A DNA stretch of 63,941 nt, counting the filler, from Deltaproteobacteria bacterium (GTDB lineage Bacteria; JAUYMQ01), in assembly GCA_030698575.1 (NCBI GenBank). It is 12 parts of 12 records of this genome, joined end to end, with 100 filler letters (N's around TTAATTAATTAA, not from the genome) between each part and the next. Parts side by side here need not be neighbours in the genome. Positions count along the whole stretch, not along the records: positions 45,277 to 52,621 come from JAUYMQ010000048.1; positions 52,722 to 59,968 come from JAUYMQ010000282.1; 10 more parts are not named here. One strand, written 5' to 3'. How positions within the stretch are numbered: position 1 is the first letter of the stretch; each line of letters opens with the position of its first letter. Positions 49,021 to 60,068 of this stretch are shown piece by piece. The position numbers and the translations under genes were made by a program. The notes under the pieces were generated by a model that searched no databases, was not told where the DNA came from, and was given only the letters and a program-made list of their open reading frames with translations.

Positions 49021-50374
49021 CGGTGACGCGCGCCACGCTGTTGCGATCATCGGTGGGGCGACGGCGGGCGCCGAAGTTGCAGGCAGCCTGGCCCGGCGGG
49101 GCGTCGAAACCGTGGTCTTCGAGCAGAACGACCGCCCCTACGGCAAGATCGAGGACGGCCTGCCCCGCTGGCACGTGGAGCTCAGAAAGAAAGAATACCG
49201 GCTCATCGATCAGAAACTCTCCCTCCCCGGCGTCCACTTCGTTCCCCGGACGAAGATCGGCCGCGACATCCCCTTCGAGGAGCTGGTCAAGGGCTGGGGC
49301 TTCACGGGCGTGATTCTCGCGGTGGGAGCCTGGCGTGACCGTCCGCTGGCCGTACCCGGCGTGGACGCCTACGTGGGCCGGGGGCTCGTCTACCAGAACC
49401 CTTTCATCTACTGGTTCAACCACTCCGTCGAAAAGGGCTACGACGGTCCCGTCTTCGAGATCCTCGACGACGCGATCGTCGTGGGCGGCGGGCTGGCCTC
49501 CATCGACGTCGTCAAGGCGCTTCAGATCGAAACCACGCGGCAGGCGCTGGCCGCCCGCGGGATCGAGGAAGAGGTGCTGACGCTCGAGGTCGAGGGAATT
49601 CCGGACGTGCTGGCCAAACACGGGCTCGCGTGGGAGGCGCTCGGGCTACAGGGGTGCACCCTCTACTACCGCCGCCGCGAGGAGGACATGCCGCTGGTCG
49701 AGGCGCCGCCCGGGGCCGACGCGGCGAGGCTGGCCAAGGTGGCCCAGGGCCGGAGGAAGATCCTCGAGAAGGCGATGCGCAAGTATCTCTTCAAGGTATG
49801 TGCGCAGCTGGCCCCGAAGGATGTCGTCGTGGAAGGCAACCGCCTCGTGGGGCTCGTCTTTCAGCGGACGCGCATCCAGGACGGGAAGATCGTCGAGGTT
49901 CCGGGAGAGACTGTCGAGGCGCGCGGATCGATGGTGGTGAGCTCCATCGGAAGCGTCCCGGAACCGCTGGGAAGCATTCCGATGAAGGGTGAGCTCTACT
50001 GCTTTACTGACTGGAAGCTCGGCCGCTTCGAGAACTACGAGCACGTTTTCAGCGCGGGAAACGTCGTCACCGGAAAGGGGAACATCGTCGCGTCGCGGAA
50101 ACACGGGGCAGTGATTGCCGCCCACGTGATCGAGCGCTTCCTGGGTCTCGACAGCGCGGGGCACGCGGGAGAGGAAGCGATGGCGGCGCCTGCGAGGGAG
50201 GCGGCACGCGAGACGGCCGAAGTGATCGCGCGCGAAATTACCGGGCGCCCGCCCCTGCCTGCGGCCACGCTGTCGTCGATCCGAGAACGGGTTCGAAGGC
50301 GGCAGAACGAAATCGGCTACGGCGACGACTACAATGCCTGGATCAAGCAGGTGACTCCGCCCGACATGGTCTGA
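49010..50374 (+). CDS. FAD/NAD(P)-dependent oxidoreductase (ferredoxin-NADP reductase/GltD-like)
   Basis: AIIGGATAG, PYGKIEDGLP, VGGGLASIDV, YYRRREEDMP, VFSAGNVVTG. Confidence 0.75.
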   Translation: MAVSGDARHAVAIIGGATAGAEVAGSLARRGVETVVFEQNDRPYGKIEDGLPRWHVELRKKEYRLIDQKLSLPGVHFVPRTKIGRDIPFEELVKGWGFTGVILAVGAWRDRPLAVPGVDAYVGRGLVYQNPFIYWFNHSVEKGYDGPVFEILDDAIVVGGGLASIDVVKALQIETTRQALAARGIEEEVLTLEVEGIPDVLAKHGLAWEALGLQGCTLYYRRREEDMPLVEAPPGADAARLAKVAQGRRKILEKAMRKYLFKVCAQLAPKDVVVEGNRLVGLVFQRTRIQDGKIVEVPGETVEARGSMVVSSIGSVPEPLGSIPMKGELYCFTDWKLGRFENYEHVFSAGNVVTGKGNIVASRKHGAVIAAHVIERFLGLDSAGHAGEEAMAAPAREAARETAEVIAREITGRPPLPAATLSSIRERVRRRQNEIGYGDDYNAWIKQVTPPDMV

Positions 50375-50416
50375 CGGGCGCCCCGTGCACCCGGGATCTC
50401 CACCGTCAACGCCGGC

Positions 50417-50755
50417 TCAGGCGTTTCCGCCCGCAGTTCCCTCGGAAGCGCAGGCAAATCCCTGATCCGTCGCCCGCAGAGTCCAGATCGCCCCGTCGCG
50501 CCATTCGGTCTGCTCGTGCCAGTGGTTCGCCTTGCCGTCCGCCAGCAGCCGGTTGAGGGTAGGCTCGGGGCTGCCCGCGACGGCCGTGATCTCGATCAGG
50601 CCCAGCTCACGCAGCCGGAAAAGCGTCGCTACGAATTCCGCCGGCTCGTCGAAGTGCTGGCAGAACACACCACAGACGACGTGCCAGGGCTCCTCGTTCG
50701 CCACGTAACCCAGAATCGCCTTGTCGGTCTCGTCGATCTGCACGGCCTCGGCCAC
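50417..50755 (-). CDS. Hypothetical protein
   Basis: GGAGG RBS, protein-like composition, follows the hydrolase gene. Confidence 0.55.
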   Translation of the reverse strand: MAEAVQIDETDKAILGYVANEEPWHVVCGVFCQHFDEPAEFVATLFRLRELGLIEITAVAGSPEPTLNRLLADGKANHWHEQTEWRDGAIWTLRATDQGFACASEGTAGGNA

Positions 50756-50770
50756 CGGCGCCCCTCCGGC

Positions 50771-51631
50771 TCAGGAGAGCGAGCTGTACTTCAGAAAAGA
50801 ACCCACCGCGCTCGTGTAGGCGGAAGGCTTCTCCTCGTGGATGAAAAGGCCGCAGCCGGGGATGATGTCGAAACGCGTGGGTGCAGGCAGCAGCTCCCGC
50901 AGGCGCCATCCCTGTTCGAGAGAGAAGAACTTGTCGTCCTCGCCCCACAGCACGTACTTGGGCATCTTCAGCTCCGCATATTTGGCGGCCGGTTCGTCGA
51001 CGTCCTTCCACGCGAAGTCCCTCATGAACCTGAGACTCGATCGGATCTTCACGTCTGAGGCCGCATTGGGCGCCACCAGGATGCGGAAGAACTCGTCGAA
51101 GTCGAAGGTATTCAGATGCGAAAAGCAGAGCCCGAAGCCAAGCGGGCTCTTCGCGAGAGCGCGGCTGGAGAACGTCATCCCCATGATGCTCTTTGCACCG
51201 GGCAACCGGCTGATCGTTTTCAGTGAATTCACGAGGAGGGACTGGCGCTCCGGGACCTCCGTGTCGGCCAGCACGAGGCGCGAGACCCGCTCGGGATGGG
51301 CCACCGTGTAGGTTCGGACGATCGACCCCCCGGAGTCGTGCCCCACGAGGGTCGCTTGCCGGAGATCGAGCGCATCCATGAAGCCTGCGACGACTTTCGC
51401 CTGCGCCGGGATGCTGTGATCCCGATCGGGATCATGCGTGCTCTCTCCCGCGCCCAGCAGATCGAGCGCGATGCATCGCCGTTCGCGCGCGAGCTCGGGC
51501 ACGACCTTTCGCCAGGTGAGCGAGGAGAGCGGCCAGCCATGCACAAAGAGGATCGGCTCTCCGCTTCCCACCTCGCGATAGGCAATCTCGAGATCGCCCA
51601 CCCTCGCCTTCTTGATTACGTCGAAGCTCAT
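50771..51631 (-). CDS. Alpha/beta hydrolase (epoxide hydrolase/dehalogenase-like)
   Basis: VHGWP, DLLGAGES, GHDSGG (Asp nucleophile), WGEDD. Confidence 0.88.
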   Translation of the reverse strand: MSFDVIKKARVGDLEIAYREVGSGEPILFVHGWPLSSLTWRKVVPELARERRCIALDLLGAGESTHDPDRDHSIPAQAKVVAGFMDALDLRQATLVGHDSGGSIVRTYTVAHPERVSRLVLADTEVPERQSLLVNSLKTISRLPGAKSIMGMTFSSRALAKSPLGFGLCFSHLNTFDFDEFFRILVAPNAASDVKIRSSLRFMRDFAWKDVDEPAAKYAELKMPKYVLWGEDDKFFSLEQGWRLRELLPAPTRFDIIPGCGLFIHEEKPSAYTSAVGSFLKYSSLS

Positions 51632-52103
51632 CGCCCCTCCCCTACGCCTCCCGCCGATGACGGCGCCGGCGCGCCTCGCAGTATACCGGAATCCTTCGGC
51701 GGATCGGGAGCGCCCCGGCTGTCCCGGTAGTGGGAAGGAGGACGCGCGCGGACCTGCCACCTCCTCGACATAGTCTTCACATCATCCAGCAAAGCACTGA
51801 AACAGATATGTTTTTCAGGATCCCTGGAGGCAGGGTGAACAGGCCGATTCCGGACCTCCGGCCGCATTGGGCCTGATTGATTCATGCGCATTGGCGCGGG
51901 TCAGACAGCTGATCACAAGCGCCATCCGAGCACACCCCGGCTTGAATAATTCGGCCGCCCGGACGTTTCTCTTGATCAGCCTCCCGAGGGGGGTATCCTG
52001 AGCCCTGCGCCGTTCGGATTCCCCCGCGCATCTGGCGGCGTGGCGCGCGGCGCTCGTTCCCGGGCTCGCGACGTCTCGTTATTGCGGGAACGGAGGAAAT
52101 TGA

Positions 52104-52439
52104 ATGCTTAATCGAGTAAAGACCAGGCTCCCGGCGCTCTTGCTGTCATTTGCGCTCGCAGCGCCGCTGGCGGCCTGCGAGAGCAACGATGGCGTCGGCG
52201 TCATGGGACGGCCCGGCTGGGGCAAGACCGAGACCGGCGCGCTGATAGGCGGGGCCGCAGGGGCGGCAACCGGCGCGGTGATCGGCCATCAGAGTGACAA
52301 CAAGGGAAAGGGCGCGCTCATCGGAGGCGCCACCGGCGCGGTGCTGGGAGGCGTCGTCGGACGCGAGATGGAAAAGAACGACGTCGAGAAGGAACAGCAG
52401 CAACAGCAGCAGCAGTACCAGCAGCAGTACGGCTACTAG
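52104..52439 (+). CDS. Glycine-zipper lipoprotein with poly-Q tail
   Basis: Lipobox LAAC; GALIGGAAGAATGAVIG-type repeats; GGAGG RBS. Confidence 0.8.
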   Translation: MLNRVKTRLPALLLSFALAAPLAACESNDGVGVMGRPGWGKTETGALIGGAAGAATGAVIGHQSDNKGKGALIGGATGAVLGGVVGREMEKNDVEKEQQQQQQQYQQQYGY

Positions 52440-52534
52440 AGGCCGATTCGAACGGCGGCCGGGCCCGGAGCCCGGCGGCTCGAGAGGCCCCCGCGCCACG
52501 CGCGGGGGCCTTCGCGTCTGGGGGGCGGGCCCGC

Positions 52535-52621
52535 CGCATGTCATTGCGAGGAGCGAAGCGACGAAGCAATCTCCCTGTTCGTGGCGCTGCCTGGGGGATT
52601 GCTTCGGCACCCTCTGCGAGG
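52535..52621. repeat. REP-like element at contig end
   Basis: CGCATGTCATTGCGAGGAGCGAAGCGACGAAGCAATC followed by inverted GATTGCTTCG. Confidence 0.75.
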
Positions 52622-52721
52622 NNNNNNNNNNNNNNNNNNNNNNNNNNNNNNNNNNNNNNNNNNNNTTAATTAATTAANNNNNNNNNNNNNNNNNNNNNNN
52701 NNNNNNNNNNNNNNNNNNNNN

Positions 52722-53010
52722 GGGGGGCGGGGAGCCGCTTACGCCGCCTCCGCCGACCACCGCGCTGGGCGCGCTGGTCGCCTACGTCTCGGAGGGGAAT
52801 CCGGACAACTTCCAGCCGATGAACATCAACCACGGCCTCTTCGCGCCGGTCGAGGAAGCGGACATCGATGCGGCATTGCGGCAGGGCGCCATTGCCGGCC
52901 TGCAAGGAGGGAGGCGGTCGAGGCGCGAGGCGCGCAAGGCCGCCACGCTGGCGCGGGCAGGGCGCGACTTCTCCGCATGGCTCTCGGAGTCGGGATTCCC
53001 GCCCCTCTGA
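52722..53010 (+). CDS. trmFO: TrmFO (Gid) C-terminus, 5' truncated
   Basis: PPPTTALGALVAYVS...NFQPMNINHGL; usual position upstream of xerC. Confidence 0.85.
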
Positions 53011-53082
53011 GCACGGCCTGCGGCATCCTCCCAGCCCCCGCCGGGGGCAATTTTCTTTGGCGGTCCGGGGGCCTGTGCTAGG

Positions 53083-54033
53083 ATGACAAAGGATTTTCTC
53101 GAGGGGGAATTCTTGGCCGACGCCCGTGCGCCGCTCGCGGATTTCGAGCGCTACCTGCGTGATGAACGGAACGCATCCCCACACAGCGTGCGCGCCTATC
53201 TGAGCGATTTGACTCAGTGGGCGGCCTATCTTAAGGAAGCGGGCGGACGGGGCGCGGTGGCGGCGCGGGCGGAGGACGTCCGGGGCTGGCTCGCGCGCGT
53301 GCAGCGGGGGCGATCCCGCGCCACCGTGGCGCGCAAGCTCTCGGCCCTGAGATCCTTCTACGCCTGGCTGGCGCGCGAGGCGCGCCGGCAGGGGGTGACG
53401 CGGCCCAATCCCGCGAAGCTCGTCGGCACGCCGAAGGTGCCCCGGACGCTTCCGCGGTGGCTCACTGTCGATGAGGCCGCCTCCCTGCTTTCGCCCCGGG
53501 GTGATGCGAGTGACCGGCGCCCCCCCGCGGAGATCGCCCGCGATCGGGCGCTCTGGGAACTGCTCTACGGGGCGGGGCTCCGGATCAGCGAAGCGGTCGG
53601 GCTCGATCTCGAGGACGTTGATCTCTCTCGCGATGTCGTGCGAGTGACTGGCAAGGGGCGAAAGGTCCGGGAGGTGCCGCTTGGCGCGGGGGCGAGGCGT
53701 GCCGTGACGGACTGGATCGCCCTGCGACGGGCGACGAAGGATAACCCGGCGCTCTTTCCAGGGCGGCGGGTTGCGCGCATGGATGTTTCGGGCGCGCGCC
53801 GCCGGCTGGGGCGCCGGGGGCTCAGTACCATCCAGCGCCGGGTGAACCCGCATGCCCTGCGGCACAGCTTCGGCACGCACCTCCTCGATGGCGGCGCGGA
53901 TCTTCGCGCCATCCAGGAGCTGATGGGGCACGCGAACCTCTCGACGACGCAGCGCTACACGCATTTGTCGCTGGAGCGGTTGCGCGAGAGCTACGACGCG
54001 GCCCATCCCCGGAATCGAAAACCCGAGCGATGA
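53083..54033 (+). CDS. xerC: Tyrosine recombinase XerC
   Basis: RKLSALRSF, LYGAGLRISE, GKGRKVR, PHALRHSFGTHLLDGGADLRAIQELMGH, TTQRYTH; trmFO-xerC-hslVU context. Confidence 0.92.
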   Translation: MTKDFLEGEFLADARAPLADFERYLRDERNASPHSVRAYLSDLTQWAAYLKEAGGRGAVAARAEDVRGWLARVQRGRSRATVARKLSALRSFYAWLAREARRQGVTRPNPAKLVGTPKVPRTLPRWLTVDEAASLLSPRGDASDRRPPAEIARDRALWELLYGAGLRISEAVGLDLEDVDLSRDVVRVTGKGRKVREVPLGAGARRAVTDWIALRRATKDNPALFPGRRVARMDVSGARRRLGRRGLSTIQRRVNPHALRHSFGTHLLDGGADLRAIQELMGHANLSTTQRYTHLSLERLRESYDAAHPRNRKPER

Positions 54034-54731
54034 GCGCGACCCGCTACGGGGAGTGGCACGAGAAGCTCGGCGGCTTCGAGACCCACGCCGCCGCCCTCGG
54101 CTGGATTCCGCGGGACGCGCGGGTGCTCGATGTGGGTTGCGCGAGCGGATACTTCGCCCGCCGGCTCATCGATGAGAAGGGGTGCCGCGTCGTCGGCATT
54201 GAGATGGACCCCGGCGCGGCAGCCCGGGCGCGAGAGACCTGTGAGCGCGTGCACGTGGGGAGCCTGGAGGATCGGGCCTTCCTCGATGGCGTCGACGAGA
54301 CCGCCGACGTGGTCTTCTTCGGCGACGTGCTCGAGCATCTGGCGGACGCCCGTCCCGTGCTCGAGAGAGCGCGCGGCTGGCTCGCCCCGGGGGGCGCGGC
54401 GATCTGCAGCATTCCGAACGTGGCCTACTGGAAGATACGGCTGGAGCTTTTCCGGGGCCGGTTCGAGTACCAGGACGTGGGCATCCTCGACAGGACCCAT
54501 CTCCGCTTCTTCACGCGGGCGAGCTTCGAGCGTGTTCTCGGAGAATCCGGCTACCGCGTTCTCGAGGCGCTGCCGGTTTGCAGCGATCGGAGCCCGCTCG
54601 GATTCCAGACGGACGGCGGCGCCCCGTCCCGGGCGGGGGCCCTGCTCGCGAGACGGCTTCCGGGGCTGTTCGCCACCCAGTTTCTCTTTCGCGCCGTTCC
54701 CGGCCAGCCTGGGCCCGGCGCAGGGGCATGA
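54030..54731 (+). CDS. Class I SAM-dependent methyltransferase
   Basis: [35 protein letters not shown]. Confidence 0.88.
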   Translation: MSATRYGEWHEKLGGFETHAAALGWIPRDARVLDVGCASGYFARRLIDEKGCRVVGIEMDPGAAARARETCERVHVGSLEDRAFLDGVDETADVVFFGDVLEHLADARPVLERARGWLAPGGAAICSIPNVAYWKIRLELFRGRFEYQDVGILDRTHLRFFTRASFERVLGESGYRVLEALPVCSDRSPLGFQTDGGAPSRAGALLARRLPGLFATQFLFRAVPGQPGPGAGA

Positions 54732-54756
54732 AGGATTGGATCGCTTGCACCCATCG

Positions 54757-55305
54757 ATGACCGACCGCGGCCGGGGGCCGATCCGCTCCACCACGGTGGC
54801 GGGCGTGCGCCTGAACGGGCAGGTGGCCATGGCCAGCGACGGGCAGGTCAGCCTGGGCAATACTGTCCTGAAGCACGGCGCGACGAAGGTGCGGAAGATC
54901 TACAGCGGGAAGGTGCTCGCGGGATTCGCCGGTTCGACCGCCGACGCGATCACGCTCTACGAGAAATTCGAGGGGAAGCTGGAGGAGTATCACGGCAACC
55001 TGAGGCGGAGCGCCGTCGAGCTGGCGAAGGACTGGCGAACCGACCGGGTGCTGCGCCGGCTGGAGGCGCTTCTCCTGGTGGCCGATGCGGAAACGCTGCT
55101 GATCATTTCCGGCAACGGAGACGTCATCGAGCCCGACGACGGCGTCTGCGCCATCGGTTCCGGCGGGCCCTTCGCCATGGCCGCCGCACGGGCGCTGCTG
55201 CGGCACACAAAGCTCTCGGCCAGGGAGATCGCTCACGAGGCGCTGCGGATCGCCTCCGAAATCTGCATCTATACAAACGAGCAGATCACGGTTGAGGAGC
55301 TTTAG
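54757..55305 (+). CDS. hslV: HslV protease subunit
   Basis: [48 protein letters not shown]. Confidence 0.96.
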   Translation: MTDRGRGPIRSTTVAGVRLNGQVAMASDGQVSLGNTVLKHGATKVRKIYSGKVLAGFAGSTADAITLYEKFEGKLEEYHGNLRRSAVELAKDWRTDRVLRRLEALLLVADAETLLIISGNGDVIEPDDGVCAIGSGGPFAMAAARALLRHTKLSAREIAHEALRIASEICIYTNEQITVEEL

Positions 55306-56688
55306 GTGATGGAGAATCAGACCCCCCGGGAGATTGTCGCCGAGCTTGACCGCTACATCGTGGGACAGGCCGATGCCAAGCGGGCCGTGGCCATCGCCAT
55401 GCGAAACCGCTGGCGCCGCATGCGCGTGGACCCCTCGCTTCGCGACGAGATTGCGCCGAAGAACATCATCATGATCGGGCCCACGGGCGTCGGGAAGACC
55501 GAGATCGCGCGGCGGCTGGCGCGCATGACCGACGCGCCCTTCGTGAAGGTCGAGGCCTCGAAGTTCACAGAGGTCGGCTATGTGGGGCGGGACGTCGACA
55601 CAATGGTGCGAGATCTCGTGGACGTCGCGGTGAACATCGTCCGCGAGGAGGAGACCGCGCGGAGCCGGGGCAAGGCCGAGGCGCGGGCCGAGGAGCGCCT
55701 GCTCGACGCGCTCTACCCGGCCACAGCCCAGCGCGAGCCGCGCCCGGAGGGAGACGCGCGCCGCACCTTCTCCGCCGGGCCCGGGGGAGAAGTAATCGCG
55801 GAGGACGGCGAGAGCACCCGGGAGAAGCTCCGGAAGCTCCTGCGCGAGGGGCGGCTCGACGACCGCAACGTGGAGATCGAGGTCAGCGATCGATCCTTCC
55901 CGATGCTCGAGCTCATCAGCTCCTCCGGGGTGGAGGAGATGAACCTGAAGGACATGTTCTCGCAGCTCGCGCCCTTCGCCGGAAAACAGAAGCGCCGGAG
56001 CGTGAAGGTATCGGAGGCGCGTGAGCTGCTGGCGCAGGAGGAGGCCCAGAAGCTCCTCGATCAGGAGGCGATTCGCAAGGCCGCGATAGAGCGCGCCGAG
56101 AATACGGGCATCATATTCATCGACGAGATCGACAAGATCGCGGGCCGCGAACGGAGCGCCGGCCCGGAGGTATCGCGGGAGGGTGTCCAGCGCGACATAT
56201 TGCCGATAATCGAGGGGTCGACCGTCAACACGAAGCACGGCTCGGTCCGGACGGATCACGTGCTGTTCGTCGCCGCGGGGGCGTTCCACGTCGCGAAGCC
56301 CTCGGATCTCATTCCGGAGTTGCAAGGGCGTTTTCCCATCCGGGTGGAGCTGAAGGCGCTCTCGCGCGCGGACCTGCTGCGCATCCTCAAGGAGCCGAAA
56401 AACGCGCTCACGCGGCAGTACGCGGCGCTGCTCGCAGTCGAGGGCATCGAGGTGATCTGGGAGGACAGCGCCCTGGAGGCCATCGCCGACATGGCGGCGC
56501 TCGTGAACGAGCGGATGGAGAACATCGGCGCCCGCCGCCTCCACACGATCATGGAGCGGCTGCTCGAAGACCTCTCATTCGACGCGCCTGACGTGAGCCC
56601 GCGCACAGTCCGGATTGACGAGGCGTACGTGCGCAAGCAGCTTGAGCAGGTAGTGACCGACGTGGATCTTTCGCGCTATATCCTCTGA
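55306..56688 (+). CDS. hslU: HslU ATPase subunit
   Basis: [40 protein letters not shown]. Confidence 0.98.
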   Translation: MMENQTPREIVAELDRYIVGQADAKRAVAIAMRNRWRRMRVDPSLRDEIAPKNIIMIGPTGVGKTEIARRLARMTDAPFVKVEASKFTEVGYVGRDVDTMVRDLVDVAVNIVREEETARSRGKAEARAEERLLDALYPATAQREPRPEGDARRTFSAGPGGEVIAEDGESTREKLRKLLREGRLDDRNVEIEVSDRSFPMLELISSSGVEEMNLKDMFSQLAPFAGKQKRRSVKVSEARELLAQEEAQKLLDQEAIRKAAIERAENTGIIFIDEIDKIAGRERSAGPEVSREGVQRDILPIIEGSTVNTKHGSVRTDHVLFVAAGAFHVAKPSDLIPELQGRFPIRVELKALSRADLLRILKEPKNALTRQYAALLAVEGIEVIWEDSALEAIADMAALVNERMENIGARRLHTIMERLLEDLSFDAPDVSPRTVRIDEAYVRKQLEQVVTDVDLSRYIL

Positions 56689-56738
56689 GCGCGGCGCCGC
56701 GCCGGCCCCGTTTCCCGGCTAACGACGAGGAGAGACCG

Positions 56739-58196
56739 ATGGCCAAAGTGCTCATTTGCGACGATGAGGCGTTCTTCCGCGACGCGGTGAGTGACATCCT
56801 GCGCAACGAAGGGTTTCAGGTGCTCGTGACGGACAGCGGGGCGAAGGCGCTCGAGACAATCGAGACCCACGATGTGGGCGCCGTCGTGCTCGATCTGATC
56901 ATGCCGGAGATGGACGGCCTTAAAACGCTGGGCCGGATCAAGGCGGAGCACCCCGACGTCCAGGTTGTCATGTTCACCGCGCAGAGCGATGAGGAAGTCA
57001 TTCTGAACGCCCTGCGCGCCGGCGCCATCGACTACCTCGCCAAGCCGATCCACGCCGAGGAGCTGACGCTGTCGGTCCGTAAGGCCATGGCGGCCTTCGA
57101 TCTTCACACCGAGAACCGGCGGAAGGTCACCCAGCTGAAGACGCTGGTGAACTCGGCGAGGAAGCTCTCCGAAATCTCCGAGGGGGAACTGGCTTACGAG
57201 AGCCTGACGGAAAACATCGTTCTCCTGCAGACGACGATGGATCTCATTGCCGAGATCCTGGAGGTGGAACGCGTTTCAATTCTGCTGCTGGACCCCTCCA
57301 CGCGTGAGCTGCGCGTGGCCGTGGCCAACGGGATGAACCTCGATACCATGAGCACCATCCGGGTGGCGCTGGGCGAGGGGATCGCGGGGACGGTGGCTCA
57401 GGAGGGCGCGCCGATCCTTGTCGAGAACATCGACACGGACGAGCGGTTCGAGCGCTCCAGGTACGCGGAGCAGTACGCCACCAAGTCCTTCATTTGCGCG
57501 TCACTCCGCATCGGCAACCGGGTTGTCGGCGTCATCAACGCCAACGACAAGCGCAATCGCGAGAGCTTCACCGAGAACGATCTGGCCCTGCTAGTGACGT
57601 TCTCCTATCAGATAAGCCTGACTCTCGAGAATGCGCTGATCGACTCGGAGCGGCTGCGGGCGGTGAAATCGGTTGAAGCCACGCGGGCGCTGGCCGACAT
57701 TCTGCAGGCGGAGGTTGAGCCGCAGAGCATGTACGAAAAGATGGGAACGACCGCGCGTGAGGCGCTCCGCGCCGACCAGGTCTGCCTGTACCGGTGGGAC
57801 GTCGATATGAACGCGCTTCGCCGCGACGGCGTCTGGGGCGATACGCCCGCCGGCGCCGAACCGGCGGCGGAGAAGATCGAGGGGCCCGAGGGGGCGCTCT
57901 GGGCCGCCTACGAGCGGGGAGAGGCCTTCGCCGGGGAGGAGGCGGGGGGTGCCCGGTGCATCATCGAGCCGCTGCGCCTTCGCGGCAAGCCGGTGGGCGC
58001 CATCCGTATCGTGCGCGCCGACACGGGAGAGGCCTTCGGCCCGAGCGAGACCTCCATGGCGGGGACGGTGGCCCAGATGTGGAGCCTAGGCGTCAAGAAC
58101 GCCTGGCTCTACCAGAGCCTCAACCGGGCCGTCGACGACGTCGCGCGGACCGAGCGCGACATGATGGTCCTCAAGGGCGAGCTGAAGCAGGACTGA
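56739..58196 (+). CDS. Response regulator with REC + two GAF domains and no obvious output domain
   Basis: [25 protein letters not shown]...GVINANDK...FTENDL; second GAF-like segment ending KNAWLY. Confidence 0.85.
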   Translation: MAKVLICDDEAFFRDAVSDILRNEGFQVLVTDSGAKALETIETHDVGAVVLDLIMPEMDGLKTLGRIKAEHPDVQVVMFTAQSDEEVILNALRAGAIDYLAKPIHAEELTLSVRKAMAAFDLHTENRRKVTQLKTLVNSARKLSEISEGELAYESLTENIVLLQTTMDLIAEILEVERVSILLLDPSTRELRVAVANGMNLDTMSTIRVALGEGIAGTVAQEGAPILVENIDTDERFERSRYAEQYATKSFICASLRIGNRVVGVINANDKRNRESFTENDLALLVTFSYQISLTLENALIDSERLRAVKSVEATRALADILQAEVEPQSMYEKMGTTAREALRADQVCLYRWDVDMNALRRDGVWGDTPAGAEPAAEKIEGPEGALWAAYERGEAFAGEEAGGARCIIEPLRLRGKPVGAIRIVRADTGEAFGPSETSMAGTVAQMWSLGVKNAWLYQSLNRAVDDVARTERDMMVLKGELKQD

Positions 58197-58224
58197 GCCC
58201 GCCCCCGGGAACGGAGAAGGAAAA

Positions 58225-59154
58225 GTGGAGCCACTCATCGAAAAGGCCCAGGTGCTCATCGAGGCGCTTCCCTACATTCAGCGCTTCGACGACAAGATCT
58301 TCGTCATCAAGTACGGCGGCGCCGCCATGGTCGACGAGGATCTCAAGCGCTCCTTCTGCCAGGACGTGACGCTGCTCAAATTCATCGGGCTGAATCCCAT
58401 TGTCGTGCACGGGGGCGGGCCTCAGATCGGCCAGGTCCTGAAGCAGATGGGCAAGGAGAGCAAGTTCATCGACGGCATGCGGGTCACCGACGAGGAGACG
58501 ATGAACGTCGTCGAGATGGTGCTCGCGGGGAAGGTGAACGCCGAGATTGTCTCGATGATCAATCGCCTGGGGGGCAAGGCGGTCGGCCTCTCGGGGAAGG
58601 ACGGAAACCTGCTCCTGGCCCGAAAGATGGAGGTTCGAAGCGTTTCCAGGGAAGGCATGCCTCCGGAGATCATCGATCTCGGGCGTGTGGGCGAGGTGGA
58701 GCACGTGAACCCGACGGTGCTGACGGCGCTCGGGCGGGAGGAGTTCATCCCCGTCATCGCCCCGGTGGGCGTGGACGCCGACGGCAACACCTACAATATC
58801 AACGCCGACGTCGTTGCGGGGCAGGTGGCCGGGGCGCTGGACGCCGAGAAGCTCATCCTGCTCACGGATGTCGAAGGTGTGAGGGCGGAGGACGGCCGGC
58901 TCTTCACAAGCCTCAACGCCGAGCAGGCCGAGCGGCACATCAAGGAAGGCACAATCACCGGCGGCATGATTCCCAAGATCAACTGCTGCATTGGGGCCCT
59001 GCACGAGGGCGTGCGGTCGGCGCACATCATCGACGGCCGCATTCCGCACGCGCTGCTGCTCGAGATTTTCACCGACGTCGGCATCGGTACCCAGATCATG
59101 CGGCACGGCCCCGTCAGAGTGGCAAGTCAGAAGGCGAAGGGAAAAGGCAAGTGA
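58225..59154 (+). CDS. argB: Acetylglutamate kinase
   Basis: [41 protein letters not shown]. Confidence 0.96.
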   Translation: MEPLIEKAQVLIEALPYIQRFDDKIFVIKYGGAAMVDEDLKRSFCQDVTLLKFIGLNPIVVHGGGPQIGQVLKQMGKESKFIDGMRVTDEETMNVVEMVLAGKVNAEIVSMINRLGGKAVGLSGKDGNLLLARKMEVRSVSREGMPPEIIDLGRVGEVEHVNPTVLTALGREEFIPVIAPVGVDADGNTYNINADVVAGQVAGALDAEKLILLTDVEGVRAEDGRLFTSLNAEQAERHIKEGTITGGMIPKINCCIGALHEGVRSAHIIDGRIPHALLLEIFTDVGIGTQIMRHGPVRVASQKAKGKGK

Positions 59155-59968
59155 GCGGGACGGGCGACATCCTGAAAGGGGCGGCGGAGGTCATGTTTCA
59201 GAACTACCGCTCGTTGCCGCTCGCGCTGACACGGGGCGAGGGGTGCCGGGTGTGGGACGCGGACGGGAAGTCCTATCTCGATTTCGTCGCCGGCATCGCC
59301 GTGGTCAATCTCGGCCATTGCCACCCGGCCGTCGTTGAAGCCATCCGCACACAGGCCGGCCGCCTGATGCACATCTCCAACCTCTACGTGAACGAACCCG
59401 CGGTGAAGCTCGCGCGCTGGCTGGTCGATCACTCCTTTGCCGACCGGGTCTTCTTCTGCAACTCCGGCACGGAGGCGATGGAGGCGGCGCTGAAGCTCGT
59501 TCGCCGGCACGCCTTCGACTCGAAGCGCAAGGGGCCGCCGGAGATCGTCGTCGCCCGGAACAGCTTCCACGGCCGGACGATGGGCGCTCTTTCGGCCACG
59601 ATGCAGCCCCAGTACCACGAGGGGTTCGGGCCGCTGGTGCCCGGCTTCATCGACGTCCCCTACAATGATCCCGAGGCCCTCAGGAAGGCGGTCGGCGACG
59701 CCACCTGCGCGGTGGTTCTCGAACCCGTCCAGGGGGAGGGGGGCGTTCTTCCGGCCACGCGCGCCTACCTTCACGCCGCCCGCGAGCTTTGCAGCGCGCA
59801 AGGCATCCCGCTGGTGTTCGACGAGATCCAGACCGGCATGGGGCGGACCGGAAAGCTCTTTGCATACGAGCAGTTCGGCGTGGAACCGGATGTGATGGTT
59901 CTGGCCAAGGGGCTGGGGAACGGCTTCCCGATCGGGGCCTTGCTCGCGCGGGAAGAGATCGCGAAGTG
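59151..59968 (+). CDS. argD: Acetylornithine aminotransferase, 3' truncated
   Basis: [48 protein letters not shown]. Confidence 0.95.
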
Positions 59969-60068
59969 NNNNNNNNNNNNNNNNNNNNNNNNNNNNNNNN
60001 NNNNNNNNNNNNTTAATTAATTAANNNNNNNNNNNNNNNNNNNNNNNNNNNNNNNNNNNNNNNNNNNN

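Noticed and set aside
52395-52430. CAG tract as a contingency locus
   Set aside because: A short, interrupted, in-frame poly-Q tail; length changes would not switch phase
53083-54033. Tyrosine recombinase as a mobile-element integrase
   Set aside because: Motifs and the trmFO-hslVU context identify housekeeping XerC
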